Positions 8,764 through 18,065 of a stretch of DNA of 32,743 nt are shown piece by piece. Where the stretch lies: NCBI GenBank assembly GCA_050014495.1, contig JBEKDF010000034.1, forward strand, positions 1 through 32,743, given 5' to 3'. Made by a program: the position numbers and the translations under genes. Below the pieces are notes generated by a model. That model searched no databases and had not been told where the DNA came from. It was given only the letters and a program-made list of their open reading frames with translations. Origin of the DNA: Candidatus Bathyarchaeia archaeon. Lineage in GTDB: Archaea; Thermoproteota; Bathyarchaeia; TCS64. Numbering within the stretch: position 1 is the stretch's first letter; each line of letters opens with the position of its first letter.

Positions 8764-10944
8764 TTGATCCTACAAGTGCCAGCAAATGAGAAATTCTACG
8801 ATTTACTATTCGAAATATCAAACGAGATTAGGCACAGGATACTCCAGCTGCTCAATAACCAGGCCTTGAGGATCACCGACATCGCGAAAGAAATGAGTCT
8901 AAACAACCCCGAGACGAGACGCCACGTCTCCAGGCTGCAGGATTTGGGTCTGATTCAGAGGGACGCCGGAGGATACTATCACCTTACACCCTACGGTGAG
9001 GCATCTATGCTCCTTATCCAGGAGTTCGAGTTCCTGTCAGCTTACCACGAATATTTCAGGACGCACACCATTCTGAACATCCCCGAGGGGTTCGCCAAAC
9101 GCATCGGGGAGCTCAACGCCAGTGTTCCATTGACGAACCCGATGGATTTCTTTCGTTACAGCGAGAACCTCATCAAGGAGTCCAAGGAGTATGCCTGGCT
9201 GCTTGTAGAACAGTTTCCCTTAAACTCGCTGTCGACGATTGCTAGGGCCATCGAAGGCGGCGTTAGTATCAGGGTTGTAGAGCCCCGGGATAGGGTGCTC
9301 AACCTGGATCTGAGCGCTATGACCTCCGAGGAGAATCAGGCCCTAAGTGAGACGAGGCATACGCCGTTGATGGAGGAGCGGATGGTCAAAGACATCAACC
9401 TATACCTATTATTATCCGAGTCCAGATGCGTCTTAGCCTTCCCAACGCCAGATGGCCAATTCGATTTCAAAGGCTTCACCGCATCAGATGAGTCAAGCCT
9501 AGAGTGGTGCCGGAACCTCTTCAACCACTACTGGGATAATGCAGACCTCAGAACCGTCTCGGCAGTCACCAAGATTAAACGTGGCAACGTATCGAAGAAG
9601 GCTAAATCCGGGGAGAGGATACTGGTTGTCGGTACTGAGAGCCCTGAGATAGACGCGCAGGCTGTTCAGGACGCGGTGGATAACTACCAGATGGTCGTCC
9701 TCAAAGGCGTCTTCAACTTCGGGACCTCATTCGTGAGGGTGTCTAGGAGCGTCGTCATCAAGGGGGAGGGCCGCGTCAACGATGTCCCGTCGACGATTAT
9801 ATATAAGAAGGGCTGGAGTTTCCCCTTCCACGAGTTTTCAGGCATTTTTGAGTTGCATGGAGACGGTATAGATGTATCCATAGAGAATCTATGCTTCACG
9901 GATTTTAACTGTACTAGTGTAATGTCAAACACGGAGGTCGGTACAGGAACACGCAACAGCGTGAAGTTTCTGAATAACAGGGTCACGATTAGATCGGGAT
10001 ATGGGCACGGTCAAACATTCGCAGCTTTTGGTGATTTTCTTTGGGGTGTATTGATTGAGGCAGTAGGAGCTGGTGGTGTTCTTGTTGAAGGTAATTACAT
10101 TGATCTTGCTCATCGTGGGGACTTTGGAGGGGGGATTTGGAGGGGCGCCTTGTCTCGGGGAGGACTTGAGGAAGATCCCGAGTATCGCCCTGACTTGTTC
10201 AATCACGAGTATTTTGTAGGTTATGGGATAGTCGTGAACAGTTGCTCTGGAAAGGTTAAGATATTAAATAATGTCGTCAGGAATGCGTCTGGTAAAGGAA
10301 TTGCGACCAGTGATCATCTTAAACCAATTGACGTGGTTATCCGAGGAAATCTTGTTGAGTCAGATGTGTATGGCTCCTACCCTATGTCCAGCCCCGAATC
10401 CGCCGCTGGCATCTCGGTTCACACAGGTCTCGAAGGACCCAAGAAGCCCGGCTTCTCTGTGAACATCGAAGAGAACACCATCAAGCTTGAACGCCTGAAT
10501 CATAGTGGAATAGTTGTTTTAGGTCCATCTAATGAGGAGTCAGGTAAACTAAGTGGAGTAATTCGTCATAACGATATACAGTTGGGTGATGGCTATGAAG
10601 GCATACATGTTAGAAAATGTGATGACTTTCAAGTCACCAACAACAGGATATCGGGGAAGGCTTATTATGGGATCAGATTATCGGGGAGAAAAAAGTCAGG
10701 TGAGCTCGACCTAAGTGCTGTGAACAACCATGTTGAAGATAATGATATGGATAGTTTGGCAATTAAAAAGTCTGACAAGTATTCGAATAACCATGCAGAT
10801 GGGAGAATGTTCGCATATTCCTCGGATGGATCGGCCACAGCAAACCTTTGGTTTAACTCGTATACGAAATGTAATTCAGTTAGCTTAAGACGAGGCGAGT
10901 CGATTATAGACGAAGGTGAAAATAACAGCATCAAGTACGTTTGA
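8764..10944 (+). CDS. Winged-HTH (ArsR-like)/DUF1724-type regulator fused to a right-handed beta-helix domain
   Basis: N-terminal wHTH (ISNEIRHRIL..HVSRLQDLGLI..YHLTPYG); DESSLEWCRNLFNHYW; C-terminal ~430 aa of (V/I)xxNxI / GI repeats. Confidence 0.8.
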   Translation: MILQVPANEKFYDLLFEISNEIRHRILQLLNNQALRITDIAKEMSLNNPETRRHVSRLQDLGLIQRDAGGYYHLTPYGEASMLLIQEFEFLSAYHEYFRTHTILNIPEGFAKRIGELNASVPLTNPMDFFRYSENLIKESKEYAWLLVEQFPLNSLSTIARAIEGGVSIRVVEPRDRVLNLDLSAMTSEENQALSETRHTPLMEERMVKDINLYLLLSESRCVLAFPTPDGQFDFKGFTASDESSLEWCRNLFNHYWDNADLRTVSAVTKIKRGNVSKKAKSGERILVVGTESPEIDAQAVQDAVDNYQMVVLKGVFNFGTSFVRVSRSVVIKGEGRVNDVPSTIIYKKGWSFPFHEFSGIFELHGDGIDVSIENLCFTDFNCTSVMSNTEVGTGTRNSVKFLNNRVTIRSGYGHGQTFAAFGDFLWGVLIEAVGAGGVLVEGNYIDLAHRGDFGGGIWRGALSRGGLEEDPEYRPDLFNHEYFVGYGIVVNSCSGKVKILNNVVRNASGKGIATSDHLKPIDVVIRGNLVESDVYGSYPMSSPESAAGISVHTGLEGPKKPGFSVNIEENTIKLERLNHSGIVVLGPSNEESGKLSGVIRHNDIQLGDGYEGIHVRKCDDFQVTNNRISGKAYYGIRLSGRKKSGELDLSAVNNHVEDNDMDSLAIKKSDKYSNNHADGRMFAYSSDGSATANLWFNSYTKCNSVSLRRGESIIDEGENNSIKYV

Positions 10945-10993
10945 ACTCACATAATATCTTTTCACGCAATTGTGAGTGAGTACACGCGCACAT

Positions 10994-11023
10994 TTTGGGT
11001 TTGGGTTTGGGGGATAAGACTAG
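10994..11023 (+). repeat. GGATAAG junction site, type B (TTTGGGTTTGGGTTTGGGGGATAAGACTAG)
   Basis: Matches the reverse complement of 18066-18090. Confidence 0.85.
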
Positions 11024-11095
11024 CTGCTTCATGCTTTTTTCAACGATTTTGCCAAAGTCTTCTGGATCAAACTCCAAAAACAAAACGTACTTCAT
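11021..11095 (-). pseudogene. 5' stub of a small DUF3303-like gene cut at a junction site
   Basis: MKYVLFLEFDPEDFGKIVEKSMKQL after a GGGGA RBS, then runs into the repeat; first 13 nt identical to the start of 21154..21438. Confidence 0.6.
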
Positions 11096-11127
11096 TTATT
11101 ATCCCCAGTTAAGGAGGGGAGGATTGA

Positions 11128-11152
11128 GCCTATAGTTTTATTGGTGAATAAT
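11128..11152 (+). repeat. Partial copy of the 49-bp CCTATAG repeat
   Basis: 23/25 match to the 22802-22850 copy. Confidence 0.65.
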
Positions 11153-11199
11153 TCTAGTTAATCAAAAACGATATAAATCGAAAGGTTTAGCTCACATTT

Positions 11200-11775
11200 A
11201 TGTATGACAGCAGAAAAATGGCGGGCCTGCTCCTCTTTGTCGGCGGCGCACAATTTATCCTAGGAATAATTATCTCAGAAGCACTCTACTCCGGCTACAG
11301 CGCCTCCCAGAATTATATCAGCGACCTTGGAGTGGGTCCACCAGCACTCATCTACAACTCATCCTTATTCCTGCTGGGAGTGCTTGGCCTTGCTGGTACC
11401 ATCTTCATTCAGCAGGCACTCAAATCTAGAATCTTCACAGCCCTATTGGCTTTAGTAACTATCGGTGCAGTTGGGATCAGCATATTCACGGAGAATTTTG
11501 AACCGATACACACCATCCTTAGTTTGACTGTCTTCGCATTAGGTGGACTATCTGCCATTATGTCATACAGGTTTGAGCAGCCTCCCCTATCTTATGTCTC
11601 CGTCGTGTTAGGTGCAGTGACGCTTTTAGCACTCGTTCTTGGTGTTTCGGGAATAAATCTTGGGCTCGGAGCTGGAGGAGTTGAACGAGTAATTGTTTAC
11701 CCTACTCTGCTCTGGATGATTGGTTTCGGGGCTTACCTAATCGGGGAAAGTGGGAACCACAGCGACAATAAATAG
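11200..11775 (+). CDS. DUF998-family membrane protein
   Basis: YSASQNYISDLG and GLGAGGVER motifs; six TM helices. Confidence 0.8.
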   Translation: MYDSRKMAGLLLFVGGAQFILGIIISEALYSGYSASQNYISDLGVGPPALIYNSSLFLLGVLGLAGTIFIQQALKSRIFTALLALVTIGAVGISIFTENFEPIHTILSLTVFALGGLSAIMSYRFEQPPLSYVSVVLGAVTLLALVLGVSGINLGLGAGGVERVIVYPTLLWMIGFGAYLIGESGNHSDNK

Positions 11776-11925
11776 GAAATTTTATAGATAAGTCTCGAGG
11801 GTGCGTTCTCACCCGAGAAAAAAACATACTTAGAAAAACTCAGAAACATTGAGAGAGATTCAATAACTAATTGGGAGTCACAAGTCTTATGTACTTATAA
11901 TACTATCAGAAATTGAAACCTGAAA

Positions 11926-12261
11926 ATGGACATCACTAGAAATGTAAGACTTCTAGCTGCTTCCCTCATAACGTTACTGGGAGTCCTCCATCTGGCTTTA
12001 GCTGTATTAGGATTAACTAACACCGAATTTGAGATGCTGGTATTCGCATCTTTTGGGCTGCTTTACATTTTGGTGGGAGTCGGTCTATTCACGGGCAGAC
12101 GACTTTTCAATTATCTGGGAGTGGTCATCCAGCTTCTAGGCTTAAGTATTGGAACAATCTTTTTTGCTGCCAATTATCCAGTTCTTGAAAACATTGCTAC
12201 TGACGTTGTTGAGGTCACCGTGATTTTGTGTTGTCTTTACCTTATAATTCATAAAACATAA
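11926..12261 (+). CDS. Hypothetical 4-TM membrane protein
   Basis: 111 aa, hydrophobic. Confidence 0.7.
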   Translation: MDITRNVRLLAASLITLLGVLHLALAVLGLTNTEFEMLVFASFGLLYILVGVGLFTGRRLFNYLGVVIQLLGLSIGTIFFAANYPVLENIATDVVEVTVILCCLYLIIHKT

Positions 12262-12292
12262 TAGTACCCACGAGCTAGCGTGTGTATAGACG

Positions 12293-12313
12293 ATACTCTT
12301 ATCCCTAAAAACC
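12293..12313 (-). repeat. GGATAAG junction site, degenerate type B
   Basis: Reverse complement GGTTTTTAGGGATAAGAGTAT. Confidence 0.6.
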
Positions 12314-12329
12314 ATAACATTTTGAATAG

Positions 12330-12347
12330 CCGATAATCTTTTATCGG
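12330..12347. promoter_or_regulatory. Perfect palindrome CCGATAA-N4-TTATCGG
   Basis: Dyad ending 33 nt upstream of the 12381 start. Confidence 0.45.
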
Positions 12348-12380
12348 GTTTTATCGAAGTAATAATTTGGAGTATTTGAT

Positions 12381-12695
12381 ATGCCTATACAAATATTCTT
12401 CCTCAAGTATTCCCCAGAGAACGACTCTAGGTTCAATGAGAAAGTCCTAAAGGTAACGATGGATCTGATGGCCAAAAGAGAGGGCCTGTTGAAGAAGCAT
12501 GGAATTAAGGATCTTGGGCTCTGGTTAGTCCCTACGGAACATCTAACAATCATCGTGGATGAAGCCTCAAGTTTGGATGCTTTTCAAAAACTGTTGATGG
12601 AGCCAGAGTTCGTTGCCATTAATGCCTATTGCTCAATCGAAACGAAAGTTGCAATCACTGCTGAAGAAGCTATGAAGATGATGAGGGGCAAATAG
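12381..12695 (+). CDS. Small GYD/DUF3303-like protein
   Basis: 104 aa; KKHGIK..G.W..PTEH..IIV.EA.SLDAFQK pattern. Confidence 0.7.
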   Translation: MPIQIFFLKYSPENDSRFNEKVLKVTMDLMAKREGLLKKHGIKDLGLWLVPTEHLTIIVDEASSLDAFQKLLMEPEFVAINAYCSIETKVAITAEEAMKMMRGK

Positions 12696-12838
12696 CCTCA
12701 AACCTAAACTTAACCCTCTTCCTTATTCTTTTTTAAACTAAAACTGCAAAATACGAGCGCAGGCTCTGGTTCAGGGCGAGGTTGCCTCCAAGACGGGAAA
12801 CGAGGACAAGGAGCTTTCCACGAAAGAGCAGCCCTATA

Positions 12839-13555
12839 TTAACGCTTACCGAGCCCATAGAGCCTGACGCCCACTAAAATGCTCCAGACGCCGAGGATGA
12901 TGAGACAGGCGCCGATAAGCGGTACATAGAACGGGTAAAAGACAAAGCTGCTGATACCACCAACAATCCCCGCGACACTTGCGACTATACCCAGGTAGGC
13001 TACGGCCCTGCTGAAGACCCCTCTCAACATGACCAGATTAGTGATTATGAATCCTAAGCAGGGGACGACGAAGCTGTATATGGGGCTGCTCACCGCGAGA
13101 CTTACTGCGGCATAATCCGCGGCAGCCACAAAGGCCGCACGCTGTGCGTCGCTGGTCGTGGCTGCGTATTGTACGCTGAGCGTGATGAGTGTGGATGTGT
13201 TCAGGGTGCTTGTTCCTAGGTCTAGAGCTATGAATAAGCCCGTGAATACTGTGGTTACGAGCATTGCGTTTCTATCGACTCCCCTCAATACGAGGTAGAG
13301 GGCCAGAGCGACAGGTATGAGGAGGAGGTCTGTGAGTGCAGGTATGAGGACGTCGGCAACCCGAGCTTGAAGCACGATTCCGATAAAGTACTTCAGGTAT
13401 TCCTCGCCGGTGCTCGGCGGAGATCCCAAGGTAGCCGCTAAAGCGACGTCGATGATACACAGTACTCCGATTATGAACGCGGCGATGCCGCCTGCTCGAT
13501 ACAGCCCTTTCCAGTCGGGGTCAACGTTGTCCAATTCTTCCATTTTGCATCTCAT
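12839..13555 (-). CDS. DUF4386-like membrane protein
   Basis: WKGLYRAGGIAA start; MLRGVFSRAVAYLGI; multi-TM; start may be MEELD at 13543. Confidence 0.75.
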   Translation of the reverse strand: MRCKMEELDNVDPDWKGLYRAGGIAAFIIGVLCIIDVALAATLGSPPSTGEEYLKYFIGIVLQARVADVLIPALTDLLLIPVALALYLVLRGVDRNAMLVTTVFTGLFIALDLGTSTLNTSTLITLSVQYAATTSDAQRAAFVAAADYAAVSLAVSSPIYSFVVPCLGFIITNLVMLRGVFSRAVAYLGIVASVAGIVGGISSFVFYPFYVPLIGACLIILGVWSILVGVRLYGLGKR

Positions 13556-13616
13556 CTCTAGCTATCGAGTGCTCTCTTAGCTGTTGACCTCGGAACCCCG
13601 AGTGGAGTGGAGGAGT

Positions 13617-13665
13617 AAGGTGCCTATAGTTTTGTTGGTAAATTATCCATAATTATCGGAATAAT
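13617..13665 (+). repeat. 49-bp CCTATAG repeat, copy 1
   Basis: 45/49 identical to 22802-22850. Confidence 0.85.
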
Positions 13666-13671
13666 TTTGTA

Positions 13672-13697
13672 TCAGGTGGAAGTGAGGATAAGGCTAT
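13672..13697 (+). repeat. GGATAAG junction site, type A (TCAGGTGGAAGTGAGGATAAGGCTAT)
   Basis: Best type A copy; matches 1-21, 603-627 and 24514-24538. Confidence 0.9.
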
Positions 13698-13766
13698 TGA
13701 GATATCTGTTAATCTGGAATGTCATACTAAACTTCTACGCGTGCCCAATGTGAACTAATCTCGCAG

Positions 13767-14084
13767 CTACTTGACGTCTCGACTCAAGCTCTTGTAGTAG
13801 CCCTTGATCTTGTCCTCGACCTCAAACCATGAGCCACCAGAAAGGCGATCCATAGACCCATCAGCCTTCGCGAGAAAATCAACAGCCACCGCCGGATCAA
13901 GCTTTGACTTAGTTGAAGATATCAGCCCACGTGAGAAGGTTATCACCCGGTCCCTATACCTTCTAAATGGAGGCACACCCTTTACCTGCTGCTTCACCTC
14001 AAGCTCCACAATCTTGCAGCTTAGAGATACAAACCCCTTGACTATATCCTCCACTTGTGCCTGCTCAAGCTCTCCGAAGCCCAT
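13767..14084 (-). CDS. Hypothetical protein
   Basis: 105 aa, bracketed by directly repeated type A sites. Confidence 0.6.
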   Translation of the reverse strand: MGFGELEQAQVEDIVKGFVSLSCKIVELEVKQQVKGVPPFRRYRDRVITFSRGLISSTKSKLDPAVAVDFLAKADGSMDRLSGGSWFEVEDKIKGYYKSLSRDVK

Positions 14085-14102
14085 TATGTAACCAACTAGA
14101 AT

Positions 14103-14121
14103 GAGTTGAGGATAAGATTAT
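14103..14121 (+). repeat. GGATAAG junction site, degenerate type A
   Basis: GAGTTGAGGATAAGATTAT; a related AGTTGAGGATTAG lies at 1334-1346. Confidence 0.65.
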
Positions 14122-14251
14122 TGGGTGAACAATCACTCGGCTGCCTCCTAATCGGTGTACCTAGGCATGCACATGCATAAACTAAATAAGAATAATTATT
14201 TTAGAAACCTAATCCAATTTGATTTTTGTCACGCGCTTAAGGTGTATGTGA

Positions 14252-14416
14252 ATGACAACTGAGAGGGGAAAATTATACAAGTCCACTACAATCGACCTTG
14301 ACAAAGACTATGCCCCGGACATCATCGAGTCATTGAACATGGCGAAAAAAGAGCTAAAAAGAATCAAAACGATTGACCAGCTGAATGCCTGGGCCATCAA
14401 GTGGTTTGGTGAATAG
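14252..14416 (+). CDS. 54-aa small protein (below ORF-track cutoff)
   Basis: MTTERGKLYKSTTIDLDKDYAPDIIESLNMAKKELKRIKTIDQLNAWAIKWFGE; GGTG upstream. Confidence 0.5.
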   Translation: MTTERGKLYKSTTIDLDKDYAPDIIESLNMAKKELKRIKTIDQLNAWAIKWFGE

Positions 14417-14447
14417 AATCACACACACGCATAGCATCGTCTGGCAC

Positions 14448-15320
14448 TTATTTTTGTTTCTTCATGTTTTGTCCGTGCGTTTTCCGCTCGATATCCTCAT
14501 CAAGCAACAACCCATAGGTGGCTGGTCTCCTCCAGTACGGGTACCTCGTCCTGCACTCCTCGCGCCTATCCTTCACCCTGTCGAGGTCCATTGTCGCCAC
14601 TACGATCCCCTCTGTGAGGTCAGGTATCCTTGCTATGTAGTTGCGCAGCCAGAAGACACCGCTTCCTCCCAGGTGGAGTGGCTCACGCTGCATCCTGTTT
14701 GATAACACTACATAGGCGTCGCTTACACTTGAGCCAGCTACGGCGTAAGCTGCCACGCAGTCGTGGACGGTAGCACCCCAGCACATCGGCGTGAAGAGAA
14801 TCTCCACCCCCTTGAGTCCCATGATCCTCGGGACCTCCAGTGCGCACAGATCCATGTCTATTGTGACACCGACTACACCTATCTCAGTCTCATAGACCGG
14901 ATAATCACCGGGGCCGGGTGTTATACCGAAGTGCACCTCGGCCTTCTCAACATCATTCTCGGGATGGTCCTTATGCACCATGGCGATGAGTTCCCCTTTG
15001 GGGGAGATTATGCCCGAAGTGTTGTAGTATCTACCATCTTCACTGATCTCAATTATCGTGCCCGGCACGATGTATATCCCGAGCTCTTTCGCCTTCTTCG
15101 CGAATGCGTCGAATGTCGGGCCCGGCACTTTCTCAGCGAGCTTAGTGAGCCTAGAGTTGTCGCCCTTGATCGGGTTTCCAGTCATCCAGTACTCGGCGAA
15201 GCATATCGCCTGTGCCCCCTTAGCCGCAGCCTCCTCGCAATACCTCAGGGCCTTCCTCCTGTTCACCTCCGGGTCGGATGTCGTTTCGAATTGGGCTGAC
15301 GCTACCTTTACTTCTCTCAT
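14448..15320 (-). CDS. Carbon-nitrogen hydrolase (nitrilase superfamily) with altered nucleophile motif
   Basis: Start MREVKVASAQF; ICFAEYW (Glu), YYNTSGII..HKDH (Lys), GVTIDMD, RRPATY. Confidence 0.85.
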   Translation of the reverse strand: MREVKVASAQFETTSDPEVNRRKALRYCEEAAAKGAQAICFAEYWMTGNPIKGDNSRLTKLAEKVPGPTFDAFAKKAKELGIYIVPGTIIEISEDGRYYNTSGIISPKGELIAMVHKDHPENDVEKAEVHFGITPGPGDYPVYETEIGVVGVTIDMDLCALEVPRIMGLKGVEILFTPMCWGATVHDCVAAYAVAGSSVSDAYVVLSNRMQREPLHLGGSGVFWLRNYIARIPDLTEGIVVATMDLDRVKDRREECRTRYPYWRRPATYGLLLDEDIERKTHGQNMKKQK

Positions 15321-15473
15321 ATCAGGATCGTTTACTCCTCTGGGTTTACGGTTATTTGAAAATTCGTATGTATGCGTCAAACTAATCGAGGAGAAGTGTA
15401 CGCACCATTCTAAGTGTGAGTAAGAAAAAGAGAGAGTGCGATCGAAAGAGCGCACAATTTTAGTGCATTTACG

Positions 15474-15875
15474 TCATTTTGAAAGAAGATAGCGCCACGG
15501 GATGACGATTATGTCTCCTATCACATACGACGCAAAAATTGCAATCATCGTAAATCCGAACGACGGCATGGCGCCCGTAATGGCTATGGGAGCGATAACT
15601 CCTATGAACCAGACCACTTTGTAGGTAAATTGCAGAAGCAGAACTGGAACAAATTTCATGGGTGACCTCAGACCAAATATGGATAAGATTCCGAACGCCA
15701 ACCACGCACTATATGCAACTCCCGCCATTATTGGTTCTTCAGCTGGAATGCTGAGAAGAGACATAGCGGTATTGGGAGCAATGAGGAGAGCCAAGCCGAT
15801 TCCCCCAGCCCCAACAATCGTGTAGGCATACATGAACCGTAGCCAATTAAGATGAACCTTAACCTCATCATTCAT
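15474..15875 (-). CDS. Hypothetical membrane protein
   Basis: GGAGGTGA RBS before ATG 15875; GLRSPMKFVPVLLLQFTYK; four TM helices. Confidence 0.75.
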   Translation of the reverse strand: MNDEVKVHLNWLRFMYAYTIVGAGGIGLALLIAPNTAMSLLSIPAEEPIMAGVAYSAWLAFGILSIFGLRSPMKFVPVLLLQFTYKVVWFIGVIAPIAITGAMPSFGFTMIAIFASYVIGDIIVIPWRYLLSK

Positions 15876-15965
15876 TGACGATTCATTCACCTCCAATAGT
15901 TTCTTATTTTTGAAACCTTCCAAAATCAACGTAGCTGTAAGATTTATTTAAAATATTGTGAATGC

Positions 15966-15990
15966 GTTTGGGTTTGAGGAATAAGACTAT
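15966..15990 (+). repeat. GGATAAG junction site, type B variant
   Basis: GTTTGGGTTTGAGGAATAAGACTAT, followed directly by GCGCGCGCGT. Confidence 0.75.
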
Positions 15991-16002
15991 GCGCGCGCGT
16001 AC

Positions 16003-17268
16003 TCACAAGTATGATATCTCGCGGCTGATCATTTCCTCGAGCTTCACAGGGGCACCCATCTCCGTCGCGATTTTGAAGAACTTTTCTGGGTCGAGGCACT
16101 CGGCGCAGATCACCCCTTTATTCGCATCTCCTCTGAGGCACATCTTTGCCCCGATCACGGCGGGTAGCGCCACACTCGTTATCGCTGTTCCGAGCCGCTC
16201 GTAAACGGATCGTCTCTCCTCCTCAGTCCGGTAGAAGGAGTTGGGACAGACCACACGGTAATTTGTAGCTACGCCGGACATGGTTCCCTTGACCTCCACC
16301 ACGATGAGGGTCAGCCGATCAAGCTTCTTCCCGATGATCGACTCGTCCTCAGCTAGGAAGGAGTTAACTGGGGGGCGCACAAGCTTGAGCAATACGTCCC
16401 TGGGCGCAACCTTAATCCCATTGACCTCAATCTGGTCGGGACTTCCGAATCCCATCTTGACAAAGGCTCCCACAAGGGGGTCCACGGGATATTTGAAGTC
16501 GCAGTATTTTATTCCCTTCCCAATGAAGTGTGGTAGGGTTATTGGCTCCTGGTGCTGGTGATAACTCAATAGGACGGGCCCAACGGGATCTGGGAACTTG
16601 TACAGCTCTGGGCTTGAAAAGATCGGGAGCCTGCTGTAATGTCCCTCCTCGAAGACCATCGGTTCAATAGAGTAGCCCCAAAGAGCCCTAAAGGGAGACC
16701 ATGTTGGTGTCCAAGCCTTCACGACCTCATTCGACTCCTCCAGGGCTCGACCACCGTATCGTATGCGGATTTCCTCAACCCGTTCCATCAAGTCGCAGAT
16801 GTATCTAGCTATCACGTTGGTTGTTCCAGGGGAGACTCCGCATCCCAGTAGCCCTGTCAAACCAGCCTCCCTATACTCTCTGTCATATGCTATTGGCCGA
16901 TTCTCTATGATTTGGCTAAGGATGTTATCCCTTGCACGGATATCCATAAGATCAGGTTCACCGAATGAGGTATCGATATAGTGAGCGCCGCTTCGCAGGG
17001 ACGCCTCCATTATGTTCATGTCGAAGGCGGTGAGGGTCAGGTTGATCACGACGTCCGAACCCTTTGCTGCTTTTTCAACTTCATCGGTTTTAGACGCATC
17101 CAACTTGATTGTAGTGATCTTTTCACTGCCTATCTTTTCGCCGACCTTCTTGGCCAAATCAAAGTTGATGTCACCCAAAACGATCTCGGATATTTCTTTA
17201 TCTCTCGAGAGGATCGAGGCGCATGGACCTCCCTGTGCCCCAGCACCGATTAGTAGTATCTTGCTCAT
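16003..17268 (-). CDS. Saccharopine dehydrogenase / carboxynorspermidine synthase-family oxidoreductase
   Basis: GAGAQG Rossmann motif; GAHYID; GCGVSPGTTN; YKFPDPVG. Confidence 0.85.
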   Translation of the reverse strand: MSKILLIGAGAQGGPCASILSRDKEISEIVLGDINFDLAKKVGEKIGSEKITTIKLDASKTDEVEKAAKGSDVVINLTLTAFDMNIMEASLRSGAHYIDTSFGEPDLMDIRARDNILSQIIENRPIAYDREYREAGLTGLLGCGVSPGTTNVIARYICDLMERVEEIRIRYGGRALEESNEVVKAWTPTWSPFRALWGYSIEPMVFEEGHYSRLPIFSSPELYKFPDPVGPVLLSYHQHQEPITLPHFIGKGIKYCDFKYPVDPLVGAFVKMGFGSPDQIEVNGIKVAPRDVLLKLVRPPVNSFLAEDESIIGKKLDRLTLIVVEVKGTMSGVATNYRVVCPNSFYRTEEERRSVYERLGTAITSVALPAVIGAKMCLRGDANKGVICAECLDPEKFFKIATEMGAPVKLEEMISREISYL

Positions 17269-17380
17269 GGTAAAATCAATTAGATCATCGTAATTAATCT
17301 AAATAACATTTATCACATGCGCATGAGCGAGTCACCTTTGCAGGCGAGCACGAGGTTCTCATTAGCCGATTCATAAGGTC

Positions 17381-18020
17381 CTAGATTACACCCTTTTGAC
17401 GTAGTCTCCCGAACTCCTCCTGTGTAAGCCTCAATAAGCCCATGAAAACCGCATCATTATCCTCGCCGAGGCTTGGCGCGGGCCCCCTCGGCCTCGGATC
17501 CGTTTCGGATATCTTTATCGGATTCCCCTGAAGCTTGATCTTCCCCAGCCCCGGCTGCTCGACCTCAACCACCATGCCCCTAGCCTTAGAAATATGTGGG
17601 TCCTCTGAAGCATCCTTAACATTGTACATTGGGCAAGATGGAATCCTCCTGTCGTTAAGCATCTGGACAATCTCTCCCATCGTCTGCTTCTGTGTCCATT
17701 CCTCGATAATTGAACGAAGCTCGGCATGGTTTTCGACTCTGAGCTTGTTTGACTTAAACCTCGGGTTGCTTCCGAGCCATGATAACCCCGATGTCTCCAG
17801 GAACCTAGCCCAGATCGCATCGTTTGCGATGGCTATCACCACCCAGCCGTCACACGTCATGAATGTGTCGTAAGGGTAGATGAACTCGTATCTGTTGCCA
17901 ATCCTTTGAGGGATCACCCCCTCTGAGAAATATTTCTGAGGGATGTTCTCCAATGCGGCGTAAACAGAGTCCACCAATGAGACATCCACAAGTTGCCCTC
18001 TCCCCGTCTGAGCGCGCGCG
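17381..18020 (-). pseudogene. 5'-truncated CaiB/BaiF (family III) CoA-transferase
   Basis: Only the C-terminal ~210 aa remain (TGRGQLVDVSL..PYDTF..GPAPSLGE); homology begins at GCGCGCGCG 18012-18020. Confidence 0.8.
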
Positions 18021-18065
18021 AGACATTTCTCACATATGTCCCAGATAAGTAAATCCTTCGTTTCT

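Noticed and set aside
10994..11013. TTTGGG repeats as telomere-like or G-quadruplex sequence
   Set aside because: Only 2-3 units are present, explained as the B arm of the junction site.
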